NCBI GenBank assembly: GCA_964503335.1
Contig: CAZCZZ010000002.1
Coordinates: 50,164 to 114,163 of the forward strand
DNA length: 64,000 nt
Direction of reading: 5' to 3'
From: an uncultured Verrucomicrobiota bacterium
GTDB lineage: Bacteria > Verrucomicrobiota > Kiritimatiellia > CAIVKH01
Made by a program: the position numbers and the translations under genes. The notes beneath the pieces were generated by a model. That model did no database searches, was not told the DNA's origin, and saw only the letters and a list, made by a program, of their open reading frames with translations. This document shows, piece after piece, positions 36,101 to 41,100 of the stretch. The first letter of the stretch is position 1. Each line of letters starts with the position of its first letter.

Positions 36101-37031
36101 GACCAGCCTGTGGTCCTACATGACGACCGTGCGTGACTCGTACATGACGGATCGCGGCAGCGCCTCGCGCGCCTCCCCGTACCACTTGGGCAGCACGATG
36201 CGCTTCTATCGCGTGGCCGTAACGAATACGTGGAACATCACGAATATACCTCGTCGCGCCAGTGTGCAGATCTACGTGACGAAGCCGCTCCAGCTCGAAG
36301 TTGGCGAGAACTGGCATTCGCTGCTGTCCATTCCGGATACCAATCTGGTGAAGTTCGTATTCGGCACGAATCGCCTGCCGAAGGCGACGCTCGTTTCCGG
36401 CGCCGACGGCACGAGGATCACCTGGTATGGCGGAGCCACGAGCAACGGGCAGCCACGCACGGCGATCTACCTGTCGCTGAACAATCGCTGGACCTACACG
36501 CTGAGCAATGGTGTCGAGTCCAGCGGCACGGCGGATGACATGCTTGTGCCGATCAATGAGGGCTTCAACATCCAGTTGCCTACGAACTCGACACCGACGA
36601 ATCTGATCATGATCGGCGAGGTCCCGACGAACGTGCTGATCCAGGCGATCCAGGCGTCGAACCAGTATAATATCGTGAGCTACACGCTGCCGCGCAGGGT
36701 CCGGGTGCGTGACCTCAAGCTGCGTGAGTCCGGCTTCACGGGAGCCACGGTGTACAATGCCATGTCGGGCGCCGATGAGCTGCGAATCCTTAGCACGGCG
36801 GCTGGTGCCGGCTCGTTTACCACGCCGCGCCTGCGCGTGTGGCTCAAGATCACATCGTCGCCTTCGCCGGGCGAAACGAACTTCTACCACGTAGGCGGAG
36901 GGCTCGCGAATAATGAGTGGATTGAGCCTGACGAATCGATTATCATCTGGCGCAAGGGTACAGTACCTATGGCGATCACGAATGATCCATCCAGGTTCTA
37001 TACCCAGCCGGGTCGAAATATAAACCCGTAG
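15123..37031 (+). CDS. Giant secreted multidomain surface protein (~7300 aa). Modules in order: signal peptide; ~12 autotransporter-associated beta-strand (PATR) repeats; 2 choice-of-anchor-D-like domains; repeated BACON-like/FN3/LamG-like/Ig-cadherin-like super-modules; an embedded double-HKD phospholipase D/Nuc-like domain; 3 FN3 domains; a conserved ~330-aa C-terminal tail.
   Basis: Uninterrupted 22-kb ORF. The start is chosen at ATG 15123 ('MSRNNFNCARIVRRIRTAVVAFAMASTVLTPAFA', signal-peptide-like); the ORF-track start 14946 lacks signal-peptide character. Domain calls rest on motifs read in the translation (see findings). Confidence 0.85.
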   Translation: MSRNNFNCARIVRRIRTAVVAFAMASTVLTPAFAVTVNYSHRIGYYTTFAGGTSGLYNHSTTNEIGHYAQGDTGQSVGWRTFRTADGTGGSARELRHGDIFTISVFGDAPFDVLGMSFNDGASTGSWANRHSNTRGYVQTGANDENNSYANWYVHHNGTATDTGANLGDETDDIKIEITSSSSFNAQVDGGSWIYNLTMRNSPGNADLVDGYSIYYRDDWDGGGRQDAFWKATTSVENGGDVHFGGTTDLTPGYINDGLAADSTSTVSANKLFKFGSHTLTLIWTNDFTGRVQAEAGTLKFGHDRALGAVPGSVQASNFTVWAAATIEMTNSFTISANRGIRIENDGNPSFTVTPSAYTVTYDGIMTSDGGGEGFLKRGGGTLQLGGNNTLAGAVYILNGTLAVTGTDPFDTAINVGETSGSDPATLSIGSGSTVVDTTVTIRDGSSGIKKIAATESGTVSGTVDLQESDADKIEVDVSSSKTLTISGTMTDNTGGGEVTKTGAGTLVLSNSGNSHDKKFTISAGVLSISASRNLGEDPGGSYAGKVTFAGGTLKATETFTMHVNNLTTLDTGGGTIEVDSTKTLTYNPVISGSANLTKTGAGTLTMAAVNTYSGKTIINAGTVNISAETGLGANPGSSTADQLTINGGTLQSTATLTIDDSNRGVTLGASGGTIDVDSGTTLTLTDTIAGSGALTKTDAGQLTLNNSGNNTYSGATTISGGTVLIAKDSHLGGAPGSPTAGHLTISSGAKLEVNSTADFSISANRGLSMGSGGGAIRVASGDTTTYDGIIAGSGDLTKELAGTLVLGGNSSSYSGNITVSSGTLQIGSHGNSLGDATGITTVGSGNTLALSGSGVTIPEPITARGLGATTGIGAIRNITGNNTLSGRVTVNTTATRINSDAGTLTLDVSSGNALESTMDLTLGGSGNITINDPLTNAATRTLTKDGTGTLTLNGLNTFTNLATVSAGIAVVNGSNPAPFTVSAGAFLYGTGIVNTLTVNGQISGGTTSNTVGHLKASTMTLANDGRMQVNLSAMTGTAGTDWDLITVGGGSGTYTVNSTAGGDEFIIALKGNPSGFSSSTAFTNIIVDAGTATSFATNKFTVDTAEFTPALGGGSFTVDADSGNLRLIFIPGVAPDVLVQGNATTIPDGDVVPDYGDHTDYGDVLVDGGTFSRTFTITNSGSASLGVGPITTNAVGNPGDFIVTSQPADAVAVGGTTTFQVQFNPTASGLRYTEIQFTNNVAGAKNPYTFYIQGTGTYVEIAVNGNGNNIADGSTAPATSNHTDFGTIGTAGDTLSRTYTITNTGNRAMTLGNVTTSGTHAADFIVTTQPSSSVAADGSTTFVVQFNPSGNGLRTASLSFTTTDDAASDGLTENPFNFDVQGTGAGTGISNIPTTITFESLLGTAPSPALQAFSVTNVGLGTLTYDLSTNAAWLSVNAVSGSAAAGAGNIHTAYVALAVGMTAGTSNALITTTGTDGFTTNSPKTIAVTWTLSAITNPSAQTATADGAEMVRLAWTKVPSHDVLIVYQSGGAVSTDPTQGTSYSVGNTIGSGTVVYKGSGAALEHIVATGTAHHYKFYSINNNYYSPGVTANATTLSYQAGEIVEQFSYTNTVILKDLNGGQGFTNAWSLSVPNTNTDIVVDSVNFSTFQSSWPTERGNRIVVKTVATTNYQAFRGINTVNCGQVYIAALIRRQFDEGAGDNKFQVLSFMNGSTEVATVGKRGAGNDQFGTRSGSDTDLYGAENSFMDDIDFLVIGRYDFDTGVMSGIFYDNATSVPSNEPTYLVSSTDTPVSQITGIRIAAGAAVNGWPGECHFDEIRVARNWGDLLKLLSPVVTNYSIDGDNGVTDGQMTNGSYVVSVDLNTAAGVDTDGTPIATTFDLVNPTGTAVVNNDTFGFFTYNSASSVTATDVNHAITSANNALGIYTVRVSAVSSNGGQIIDNRFVGNVCTGTVMTFTVTDDDTAAPTFGVFTAMGRDMSGSTYTSDTFAGGFWVTGTVTDAFSGLFAASNTFTLSYNGGVVSSGVFAVNFSDGGATSGGMVSNNFPQALMIAGAYTLTVFSVDFDVDRPSDQLKATNVFSFTVVDPAPAPGLAAGPLTLTYSAMLGSDPASTATFAVTNVGIGTLMYTNYQTYGPGPSGWFTANPTNNSLAATASRIHTGWVYTASFTTSGTYVATNRLAGNQTNAAVEIVVTLNVTNIPAPTAVTATPSGAEFVALRWTEASGRQVMIVYGQTNAPSVSPTNGTAYAVGNSLGSGTVIYKGTAAYFEQVVGQGTTNFYNFYTINNDRYSLVSTVGATTDVYKSYEIVDSFSYTNSLALDTRNGGNGFTNAWGNVSDNPRIATQQFATAVGYPSLAGNTMVLTNGAAFRGIPNTSAGKLYVAFMLRHGDGASYAGLSLFNGASEEIFFGEHGGATSEAGIDSGAGTTSQGANTMPANTDYLIIARFDFGISQADMLIYTNGGATTVPVGEPATWHVTRADTITQINRIRLASGTGTRWDEVRVATNWVHLFRRDVSYPFVTNHSVNAGSDVTDAAVKSGSFNVTHYVRDLAGIETTNTTLPFFSPNFDILNTSGTALLSDEVYNSFTYQDSGRTVVASDTSHAGASPANITLGIYTTRVSVANSNGLTTIDVRTNSAGASLTFNVVDDDTTSPLLGSAGDWDVIYNLPDQDTSSGTTSTNEYAIRQRFVDRITALGSGHTAYLATYTFSAASACCGGAGPIIDALTTALDAGATVTMVVDKGVDTNLVSTAATTNSIGSLARRGTNPLILVQDDSASGIMHNKLGLFDYGSGNKRVLVASWNMTGAASSQQWNILLDAKSDTMYAAYLSEFTELVAGRFHDDPAKSHAHDSTTFSIGGSWGANYVRFAPFTNSATGANNAQRDITNFIHSATGQIVFALNKLTRMTIASQLVARCDAGVMVDGVMPRSDTDVGGDSASVYSYLTNTANYATTNRVRMHTAYAEADYSASDSGETDLVHAKYMIIDPISASPVVIHGSANWTFSALQETNLNDENIAFLRHAGIALRFLQNFQRITDRLTNLTASVQDESASVSIGTNGLVKTGNGTNSTWATTDGALAGVATNNRLRISLNIYDVDSGLSRNASESDKATNTTLTVANYTTDNVTNLSLSTSSAGTTTITSTSVWEMVSVSSASIGSLFTGVSNLISANIVDADDDRASDQKTNVNQRFGFLYVIDDDTNRPVLSGFTGQGRQLDTGTFTNTELLSGLVITGLVTDVGSGVYAGTSNTLTLSRDGSVIFTTNFVAGFSDGGATAGGSLSNTIAYALVSSAGAYTATVFSADYDIDRSGDSLTTNGVFSFTIVEAVAPGLGVGPLTLTYNAMLGSDPSTATFAVTNIGLGTLQYTNYQTYGPGPSGWFSANLTNSSLAATASRIHTGWVSSASFTTSGTYVATNRVAGNQTNSAQEIVVTLIVTNIPSPTSVSATNDGAELMRINAAEAAGRTVLVVHSYTNALTVNPTNGTAYAVGDLLGNGRVIFSFIGSSTVSNLSHVVVPGSTNFYTLFTVNNSRYSTSVTAGVTAEVYRTEIYEQFGYTNGVTLDGLAGGTGWTNSWIESNAGAYTVSDGSFTEQAGYPTERGRQISVNPPSVNSRTARRHFPAVTNGVIYMAFYVRYDFGEAGGGGDQKYVGASFMDGTTSKLFFGEVSSLDAAAGIDPLGNGSGVNSGANSMQPDVDYLVIGRYTFSSKIARFLIYTNGGSFAVPSGEPSAWAKTTTLTTAIASIDGIRFNAGATSVGTPGTSLFDEVRVATNWVDLVRGTRTYPVVTNFAVAGSTNVSDSQVAAGTFSVAMDIYDDKGVNTTNTQFTYFAPNYDIWNSAGIQIITDRVFSSFFYTNSGDTVLASNTTHATVAAAGVTIGIYTSRYSAINSNGLSSIDLTTLSNGTVMTFNVFDDDTNAPFSTAMDIPTGLASTNLTPGDIAIIGFSSDGSGGLAFVPLVNVPGSMTFNFDDDGTVGSGFLAYTSPAAGLSAGTVVVITNTDAAGTAVVVGGGGVGRSGTYDLNNTTEGILVWEGANTSAVYYLRRDGTTTYSGLSVGAGTIADMIQNLDNGGYTNLNRTLSQSGQLSAIASSNNWIFTDGTGDQSQDYNAAPYTNGYTLTGNRITRRLEASYLQVGGWSFTGLVRDTSSGVNSNGVVVSEANNNISPNFTVYNSTGTVIITTQPFIQIPADGSGITTGAPVGSASVTNTVASGSLPDGVYTAIVYVADNDEDRTGDRIVATNVYTFQVIPQQNPALAVGPLVLNYHTMLGNNATQQTFAVTNVGGGVLSYTNYQTYGPGPSGWFAANLTNSSLASSLSRIHTGYVNSASFTTSGTFVATNRVAGNQTNSAQEIVVTVVVSNIPSPTAASAVKDGGQMVRLEWTEASGRQVLIVHGSPAATTIDPTNGTAYAAGDALDGGTVIAKVTGSGKLEHIVSQGSTNFYRFYTINNDRYSTSTLAGATTDVYQAFEIVDQFAYTNATSLDTRNGGQGFTSTWSVSYGTLTTVSNNPFTSTSGYPTKGGNVVTAAPTTRVFRGIPQVTAGRVYAAFNFRTEDGGASRFAGMSFYDGTNTEEKFIGEGFTQANLLTVGGTTGPTPHEIANNTHYTIIAMYDFENDKAYALLYTNGVETIPNGEPEVWDVEDSDSTVSRITHIRLDGDVGYMIDELRVATNWPNLFARTATYPAVTNFIVNGGSSVTDALLTSGVFNVVAHIRDTSGVSTSTLGRFFKPNFDIMNPTGTQILTNETFETFGVLDSQRTLIVTDTVHAVVAPEGVTLGVYTGRVSAINSNGVETVNVTTQANGTALTFTVIDDDATGPEMATITSTNTGGGSLRFLHVSIGADNVSGNGAASNSIQYSTTDAALTNLSSGNPLLFWMGARDDNGIYRGNTDAATNSWLSVGSAIISNVLNYDATRSDPMASTVNAKATNVWSWITPLTVTEIQNLVTNTANVGSNAVVATWRDADADRPSDSSASVYTQGWLRVTDDDVAGPTIQNINIYGLDGSYTVRVDELTSAFGWSITGRISDASGINVNSNSTTQLNNSPYFELWDPNGNLKLTEAFDTLAFSDGGATTLSAFADTNRTALGGVVTGVWTARVIAADNDEDWGNNDHSVSTQEVAFTVVPGASLGGIARAPATFNITSSYNVVTGSGTWPTYYVTNVGSGTLNYSNHVTYSSASGWLTVNATNVTLIGTGTTTNHAISVDPTHLNPGSYSATITLNGDQTNAAQTVTVNITVFGYYVREIVEPATNAAGTLHNKYGGTGWTGNWSNNPSSGYSYVATNGSLSVPANYPSAAGGYIRGDTTSGELQSFRTFPTFSTGKLFVAAAINKNANNTDGFIGISLMDGSTEAGFFGKGFGTANFVIDGTNGPTSSGFGIHQSTYLIVGYYDFDTDIFRARAWNPGDTLPVTEPTAWSSASNGNYTISQVTGIRLGASGVTNAIFDEVRVAATWEELLNIYSNEPSAHATGLNFNNVTTGSMVVGWTSGNGANRIVVAREGAAVTFSPTDNVAYAFSTNWTTATDIGGGNKVVFNGSGTNFNFVGLTPGTQYCFRVFEYNGAGSTANYLTNGTALAGCRWTLTTEPAEQPTSFNAYQVSNTQISNTWVAAGGSPAADGYVIFRRRHEDPTNVPVDGVAYTNLELLGTSRILVVTPGSATTLLHTNLDNCTEYRFRIFSFRRDTASGETYNYKTDSFPSATNSTACDAPTIQSSNIVFNSISSTDMTISWSNGSGSNHLVVVRGTNAVNVDPTDGVSYTANPIFGSGSHLGSGNYVLYNGTGATLNVSGLATGVTYHFRIYDYFGSGGGENYNTNTANDNPASAATVSFSIAQDTFSRTNTATGQITDEGRSSGGSGWSNNWSQAFSVEIQHNANFSSFKCYPRSTSNGQVRMISDAFKHTASRGFAPRTSGKIYAAWVMQYGSGGSGKYSGLSFMNGTVETGFVGKANGNTTNALSFQSGPTEYASSYIMNPGSAYLIVARYDFENKTLVAMGMTQSYIQSYEPDASAQGWDVVATNITIDQITGIMLHKQDSGDVYFDEVRIGSTWESVMLCDYGATYNPGPTPSLIFIGTNYVIGASAIVTNLSDAELKESSGVDFAVKWEDTHGVYTTNRNALGSSNFVSNTGRILPNWDPLAVGATTNQFGLDRYFYATNIIGMSGAQSVTTYVRNAFSITNIDFSSAYFVTLSAEDDRQVGCSVTATYGEDVNCSRGMTINTALQFYVYDDDTVGPIVGTSPLKVMTNATVVSSQTAGTVDRFFLIDGVVTQTGMRVAVSISDGYSGIQRASAGTADTNMNLTIASLTTSNIANYSSSLSSSSSVLPDSTSVWEFASSMFTYSSVSAMWGGDGTAVQGQDLNVTVSSPDVDNDRSADAAWTSNQVVGIVRVIDDDEASPYQTNITYGGASLATRSFWVATNGVRLQGSVSGKERNENTGTDTVWTVTDDEMLNAGTKALTFAFGAADLNSGIARGTSGSAASLMHISIWTNWLNDFSNYNASASSPNAAGATRLTNVWAFGDATFAEDDVTTFFSGGDMPVYVTIPDADNDRTNDISTLTSNLVGYLAVVDDDVEAYGFTNLTFNGRLANLIAQGFENNEGWSNTASSSYQTRDSAVVDGTWHLESVAANQLHEQASRTRKLQFQTGSYLVLPPRNDPGTLFFWARGSAGGQTNFMTVDYWPAGSSTWINCGFTNGITGTNYMQTSFPIDYVGNAVTVRVYASQINNTALYLDDLSLTRTLYWTNEATVALTWQNPTADYSGILQFRYTNAATAIPSTVTSGVASATNSASFASTAEGIVTGYVFMVDSDADRNNDSTKGMSVPYVTKIDLTPPPRISGFTGTNGLDDTSEIDLDWSADANSPRAAGWRASDSSALSPWHTYRIYYTDGATGPTTNSTYLDLTSSYPELATNITASITMSNLLPGSDYRIAIAGVDRAGNIGNLSDTAVVSVANFVVTQGIVTVSAITNVDISWTATNSAGQILKDYDAIYYDSTSGHSDNSTSLWSYMTTVRDSYMTDRGSASRASPYHLGSTMRFYRVAVTNTWNITNIPRRASVQIYVTKPLQLEVGENWHSLLSIPDTNLVKFVFGTNRLPKATLVSGADGTRITWYGGATSNGQPRTAIYLSLNNRWTYTLSNGVESSGTADDMLVPINEGFNIQLPTNSTPTNLIMIGEVPTNVLIQAIQASNQYNIVSYTLPRRVRVRDLKLRESGFTGATVYNAMSGADELRILSTAAGAGSFTTPRLRVWLKITSSPSPGETNFYHVGGGLANNEWIEPDESIIIWRKGTVPMAITNDPSRFYTQPGRNINP
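15940..18300 (+). other. PATR (autotransporter-associated beta-strand) repeat region within giant protein 1.
   Basis: About 12 tandem ~30-aa units of the form 'TKTGAGTLTLSGxNTYSGxTTIxxGTLxI'. Confidence 0.7.
18590..19280 (+). other. Two tandem choice-of-anchor-D-like Ig-fold domains in giant protein 1.
   Basis: Units 'DYGDVLVDGGTFSRTFTITNSGSASLGV...FQVQFNPTASGLRYTEIQFTNN...NPYTFYIQGTG', present twice. Confidence 0.55.
23130..24250 (+). other. Phospholipase D / Nuc-like domain with two complete HKD motifs, embedded in giant protein 1.
   Basis: HKD1 'IMHNKLGLFDYGSGNKRVLVASWNMT' (~23465-23540) and HKD2 'VHAKYMIIDPISASPVVIHGSANWTFSAL' (~24052-24140). Both carry the H-x-K-x4-D core, and HKD2 also has the G-S-x-N extension. 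Confidence 0.8.
31500..32580 (+). other. Three tandem fibronectin type III-like domains in giant protein 1.
   Basis: Repeated ~95-aa units with 'W...G......Y.V...........Y.F.V.AYN' spacing (e.g. 'LTPGTQYCFRVFEYNGAG', 'CTEYRFRIFSF', 'GVTYHFRIYDYFG'). Confidence 0.55.
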
Positions 37032-37307
37032 CGTTCCGGTTCAGGGGGTTGTAAGGGGCTTGATAGGGGGGCCGGTGTTGAATGACCTTATGGTGATTGC
37101 CCGTCTTGGGTCGGGCAGGGGCAACTTCAACATCCGCAAAGCGCTATCGCGGTGTATCGTTTTCCTAATCAGGGCCTTACGTAGCTCACCTTTTTCTAAC
37201 GAAGAACTGACCCTCCCGTGGTCACATCCGAACTTCCGTAGTCCACCTTCCTCTTTACGAACCAGCAGTGTAGGGGGCAATCCCTGCTGGGTGTCGTTCA
37301 ATAGGGT

Positions 37308-38180
37308 GTGATGACCAGATCTGGGCTCAATTTATTGCCGGGGTGTATCGTTTTACTTGGCTCGCTGTTTGCAGGCTTTGTAGAGGCGCAGGATTTTCCT
37401 CTCTACGTCGCATCGAAGTATGTCATCGAGGATGAGGATGATCAGCCACTTCGGGGACTCGATCCAGCGGGAGAGGCCCTTGGACTCCCGAGGGAGAAGG
37501 GTGCCGTCGTTCAAATCCTCGGCGCAAGCGCCGGAATCTTCCCGCCCAATGCCGACGGTTCGCCCAATCTGCAGAATCCCTTGCTGGGCACTACACGTAC
37601 TGGCATCGGTGCCGCTCTTTCGCTCTCTGCGCGCGGTCGATTTGGCGCGACCGTTGTGCCCCGACCCACAACGCCTGTATTCGTCCGCGTATTTAATGGG
37701 CCGGAACTCGCGCTTGCGACGCGTTATGGCGATTCCCAGACCTTTGTGAGCGTGGACAACACGCCGTTTCTCGCCGACATCGAGGAGACGGGCGCTGCAT
37801 TTGCGACGGACAGCGATGGCGACGGACTGAACAACTACTACGAGGGCCTGCTCGGCTCAAACGCCAACCTGACCGACAGCGATGGCGACGGCGTGGCGGA
37901 CGGAGACGAGTACCGCGCTGGCTCTGGAATCGCCAACCCCTCCTCGTTCCTCGGCATCACCACGTTGAAGAAGGAAGCTTCCGGTTTCTGGACCATCGGT
38001 TGGGAATCCTCGACCGGGCGCACCTACTGCGTCGAATACAGCGGAATCGGCCTCTGCCAGGGACCAATCTACTCGATGGTCTGTCCCATGGTCACCGCTA
38101 CGAGCACCACGACCACCGTCCAGGCATCGATCCCCGGATCCGGCGGCGACGGCCATTTCCGCGTGAGGTTGATGGAATGA
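37308..38180 (+). CDS. Small secreted protein (290 aa) with a signal peptide and a dockerin-like double Ca2+-loop C-terminal module. Its stop overlaps the start of the downstream giant gene.
   Basis: N-terminal 'LNLLPGCIVLLGSLFAGFVEA' signal peptide; 'DSDGDGLNNYYEGLLGSNANLTDSDGDGVADGDEY' double loop. The TGA at 38178-38180 overlaps the ATG at 38177-38179. Confidence 0.7.
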   Translation: MMTRSGLNLLPGCIVLLGSLFAGFVEAQDFPLYVASKYVIEDEDDQPLRGLDPAGEALGLPREKGAVVQILGASAGIFPPNADGSPNLQNPLLGTTRTGIGAALSLSARGRFGATVVPRPTTPVFVRVFNGPELALATRYGDSQTFVSVDNTPFLADIEETGAAFATDSDGDGLNNYYEGLLGSNANLTDSDGDGVADGDEYRAGSGIANPSSFLGITTLKKEASGFWTIGWESSTGRTYCVEYSGIGLCQGPIYSMVCPMVTATSTTTTVQASIPGSGGDGHFRVRLME

Positions 38181-41100
38181 TTTCTCGTGATTCCCAAGCA
38201 GATGAAACGCGCGGACTTGGGGTTGAATATCCAATCCGGTGGAGCATAAATGTGGCTATAGAACCCAGATCGGATCGTCATGCCCGATCCACGTGCCTGC
38301 GACAAAGAGGATGGGCGACACATTCCGCGCTTCGCGTCGCGGCGCTCGCCACGGTCCTGACGGGGTCCGTCAGTCATGCAGAATTGCTGCTGGGGTTCGA
38401 TCTGCTGGGTCAAGGCGGTTCTCAAGTAACGACTACCAACACGGTTGCTGCAGCGAACATCTCGACGGCAGCGCCTAATGCCCGAATCACGAGGGGTTCG
38501 GGGCTTCAGTCAAGCACGGCAAGTGATTCCATGTCGTCCAGCAGCTGGACTTTGCCTGGGGCTGCCACGGTTGCGAATGCCATTACCAGTAATGACTATT
38601 TTACGGTGAGAGTGGTTCCTGAAGCGGGTTATCTTATCGACGTTACCAACTTCTCGTGGAGAACAACGCGAAGCGGGACAGGACCGACCAACTACAACCT
38701 TCGCGCCGGCAACGACGGTTTCGCGTCTGATATAGCGACTTGGCTCAACAAGGGTACTACGTCCAACTTCGTGACCACTGTCAACATTACCGGCTCCACA
38801 GGCGTGGAGTTCAGAATCTACGGCTACAGCACCCACAACAACGGCGGTACTGCACGAATCGCTCATGGTGCCGATTTTGGTCAATCGGGAATCGACTTGG
38901 CCATATTTGGCACGGTGAATGCGTCAGGTCCGGATGTTGGAGTCCTGGGTAATAACACGCTGGTCGCTGACGGCGACACTACGCCCGCCTATGCGGATCA
39001 TACCGATTTCGGAAACGTCGGACTCAATCAATCCAATCTGGTCCGTACTTTCACGATCACAAACAGTGGAACGGCTTCGTTGGGGGTTGGTAACATTACG
39101 ACGTCCGGAACTCATGCAGCGGACTTCATTGTGATCGCTCAGCCCTCGAACGCTCTTGCGGCTGGCACCATCTCCACCTTCCAAGTGCGCTTCGATCCGT
39201 CGGCCACCGGCACCCGCACCGCGACGATCCAGTTCACGAATGATGCAGCCGGCAAGTCACCCTACGACTTTGTCGTCCAGGGCACTGGCGTTGCTGCGGG
39301 TATCCTTCGCAGTCCGACGTCGATCACCGTCACGACGATGGTGGGCACAGCGCTCGGGACATCCAGCTTCGGGGTTACGAATGTCGGCCTCGGTCGCCTC
39401 GACTACACGATTTCGACAAACGCCGCGTGGCTCTCCGTATCGCCGACCTCAGCCAATCTCGCGGAAACGGGAGGGCAGCAGGAGACGATCACCTATAGCG
39501 TGACAGGACTCTCCGGCGGCACGTCCAACGCGACGGTCACGATCACGGATTCCAACGCATCCAACAGCCCGCAGACCGTCAGCGTCTCTCTCGTGCTCAC
39601 CAACATTCCCGATCCCACGGCGCAGAGTGCAACGGGTGATGGCAAGGAGATGATGCGGCTTGCGTGGACCAAGCACAGCTCCTTCAACGTGATGATTGTC
39701 TACCAGCTCGGCAGCGCCCCGGCCTCGCCCCAGCAGGGAACAGCCTACAGCGTGGGCGACAGCGTCTCCGGCGGCGGCACGGTCGTCTACAGCGGCACGG
39801 GTGCCACCCTTGAGCACGTCGTGCGGACCAATGCAACGCACTACTACGCGTTCTACTCGATCAACAATAACCACTACTCGCCGGGCGTCTCCGCGAACGC
39901 GGCCACGCCGGCTTATGGCGACGGGGAGATCGTGGACGCCATCGCGTACACCAACGGTGTGACAATCAACGGGGTGAACGGCGGCAACGGCTGGACCAGC
40001 GCGTGGTCCGTCGGTTCCGGCACGTGGACTGCGGAAACGTCCTCGCTGACCGTCGAAACCAACTACCCGACCGAGTATGCCAACCGCATCCGCGTGGCCG
40101 ATCCGGGCAACGGCGGCCAACCCTATGCGACGCGCAAATTCGCAGCACAGTCAAGCGGCACGCTCTATATGGCAGCTATCGTCAGCTACCAGTATCAGGG
40201 CCCGTGGAAGTTCGCTGGCTTCTCCTTTGTCTCGAATGCCACCGAGAAGGTCTTCATCGGCAAGATCCCGAACAGCGAGAACAACCGCTTCGGCTTGACG
40301 TCCACGCGGAATGCGACGGATTACAAGACGTCCGGCGTGACCCTTGGCGACTTCAACACCAGCACCGGCAACGTGTACCTGATGATCGGCACGTATGACT
40401 TCAGCACGCGCGACTTCAAGGCCAAGGTCTATCTGCGCACCACCGTCGTGCCCGAGACGGAACCGGGATCGTGGGATGTGGCGACCAATCTGCCCGCCAA
40501 TTACGCCAACAGCATCGACGGTATCCGGCTTGCATCCGGCGCATTGGGTGCTCCCGATGGAAGCATCGGCCAGACCCTTTATGACGAAATTCGCGTCGCC
40601 ACCAACTGGGCCGGCTTGCTGCGCATCGTGGCCGAACCGGAAATCGCCGTGCTGGGAACGAACAATGCCGTGGTGACGTCGGGCGATGCCTCGCCGGCGA
40701 CAGCGGATGGCACCGACTTCGGAAACGTTAACTTTGCCGGCAGTGTGAGTTTCACCAACGTCTTCTCGATCACGAATTCCGGCAACGCCAACCTCGTGCT
40801 CACCAGCATCAGCACAAGCAGCGCCATGGGCGCGAGCGCGGACTTTACGGTGATCTCGTGGCCGACGACCGTCCTGGCGGGAACGCGGTCGAATCTTGTC
40901 ATCGCCTTCAACCCTGAAACCACGGGCCTGCGCACCGCGCTTGTCAGCATCGCAAACAACGACTCCGACGAGAATCCTTACACCTTCGTCGTGCAGGGCA
41001 CAGGCACCGGCTATTTCGAGACCATCACGTTCCAGGGCTTCGAGGGATCGGGTACCGACACCTGGAATTACCTGTTCGTTTCAAACAACCCCGGAACGGA

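Noticed and set aside
36900-37031. C-termini of the giants as PEP-CTERM or type IX secretion CTD sorting signals (choice-of-anchor-D domains often co-occur with PEP-CTERM).
   Set aside because: There is no P-E-P motif followed by a TM helix and Arg cluster, and no Bacteroidota-type CTD. The tails end in ...GRNINP / ...VRNMNP without a hydrophobic anchor, so they are left as novel or unclassified.
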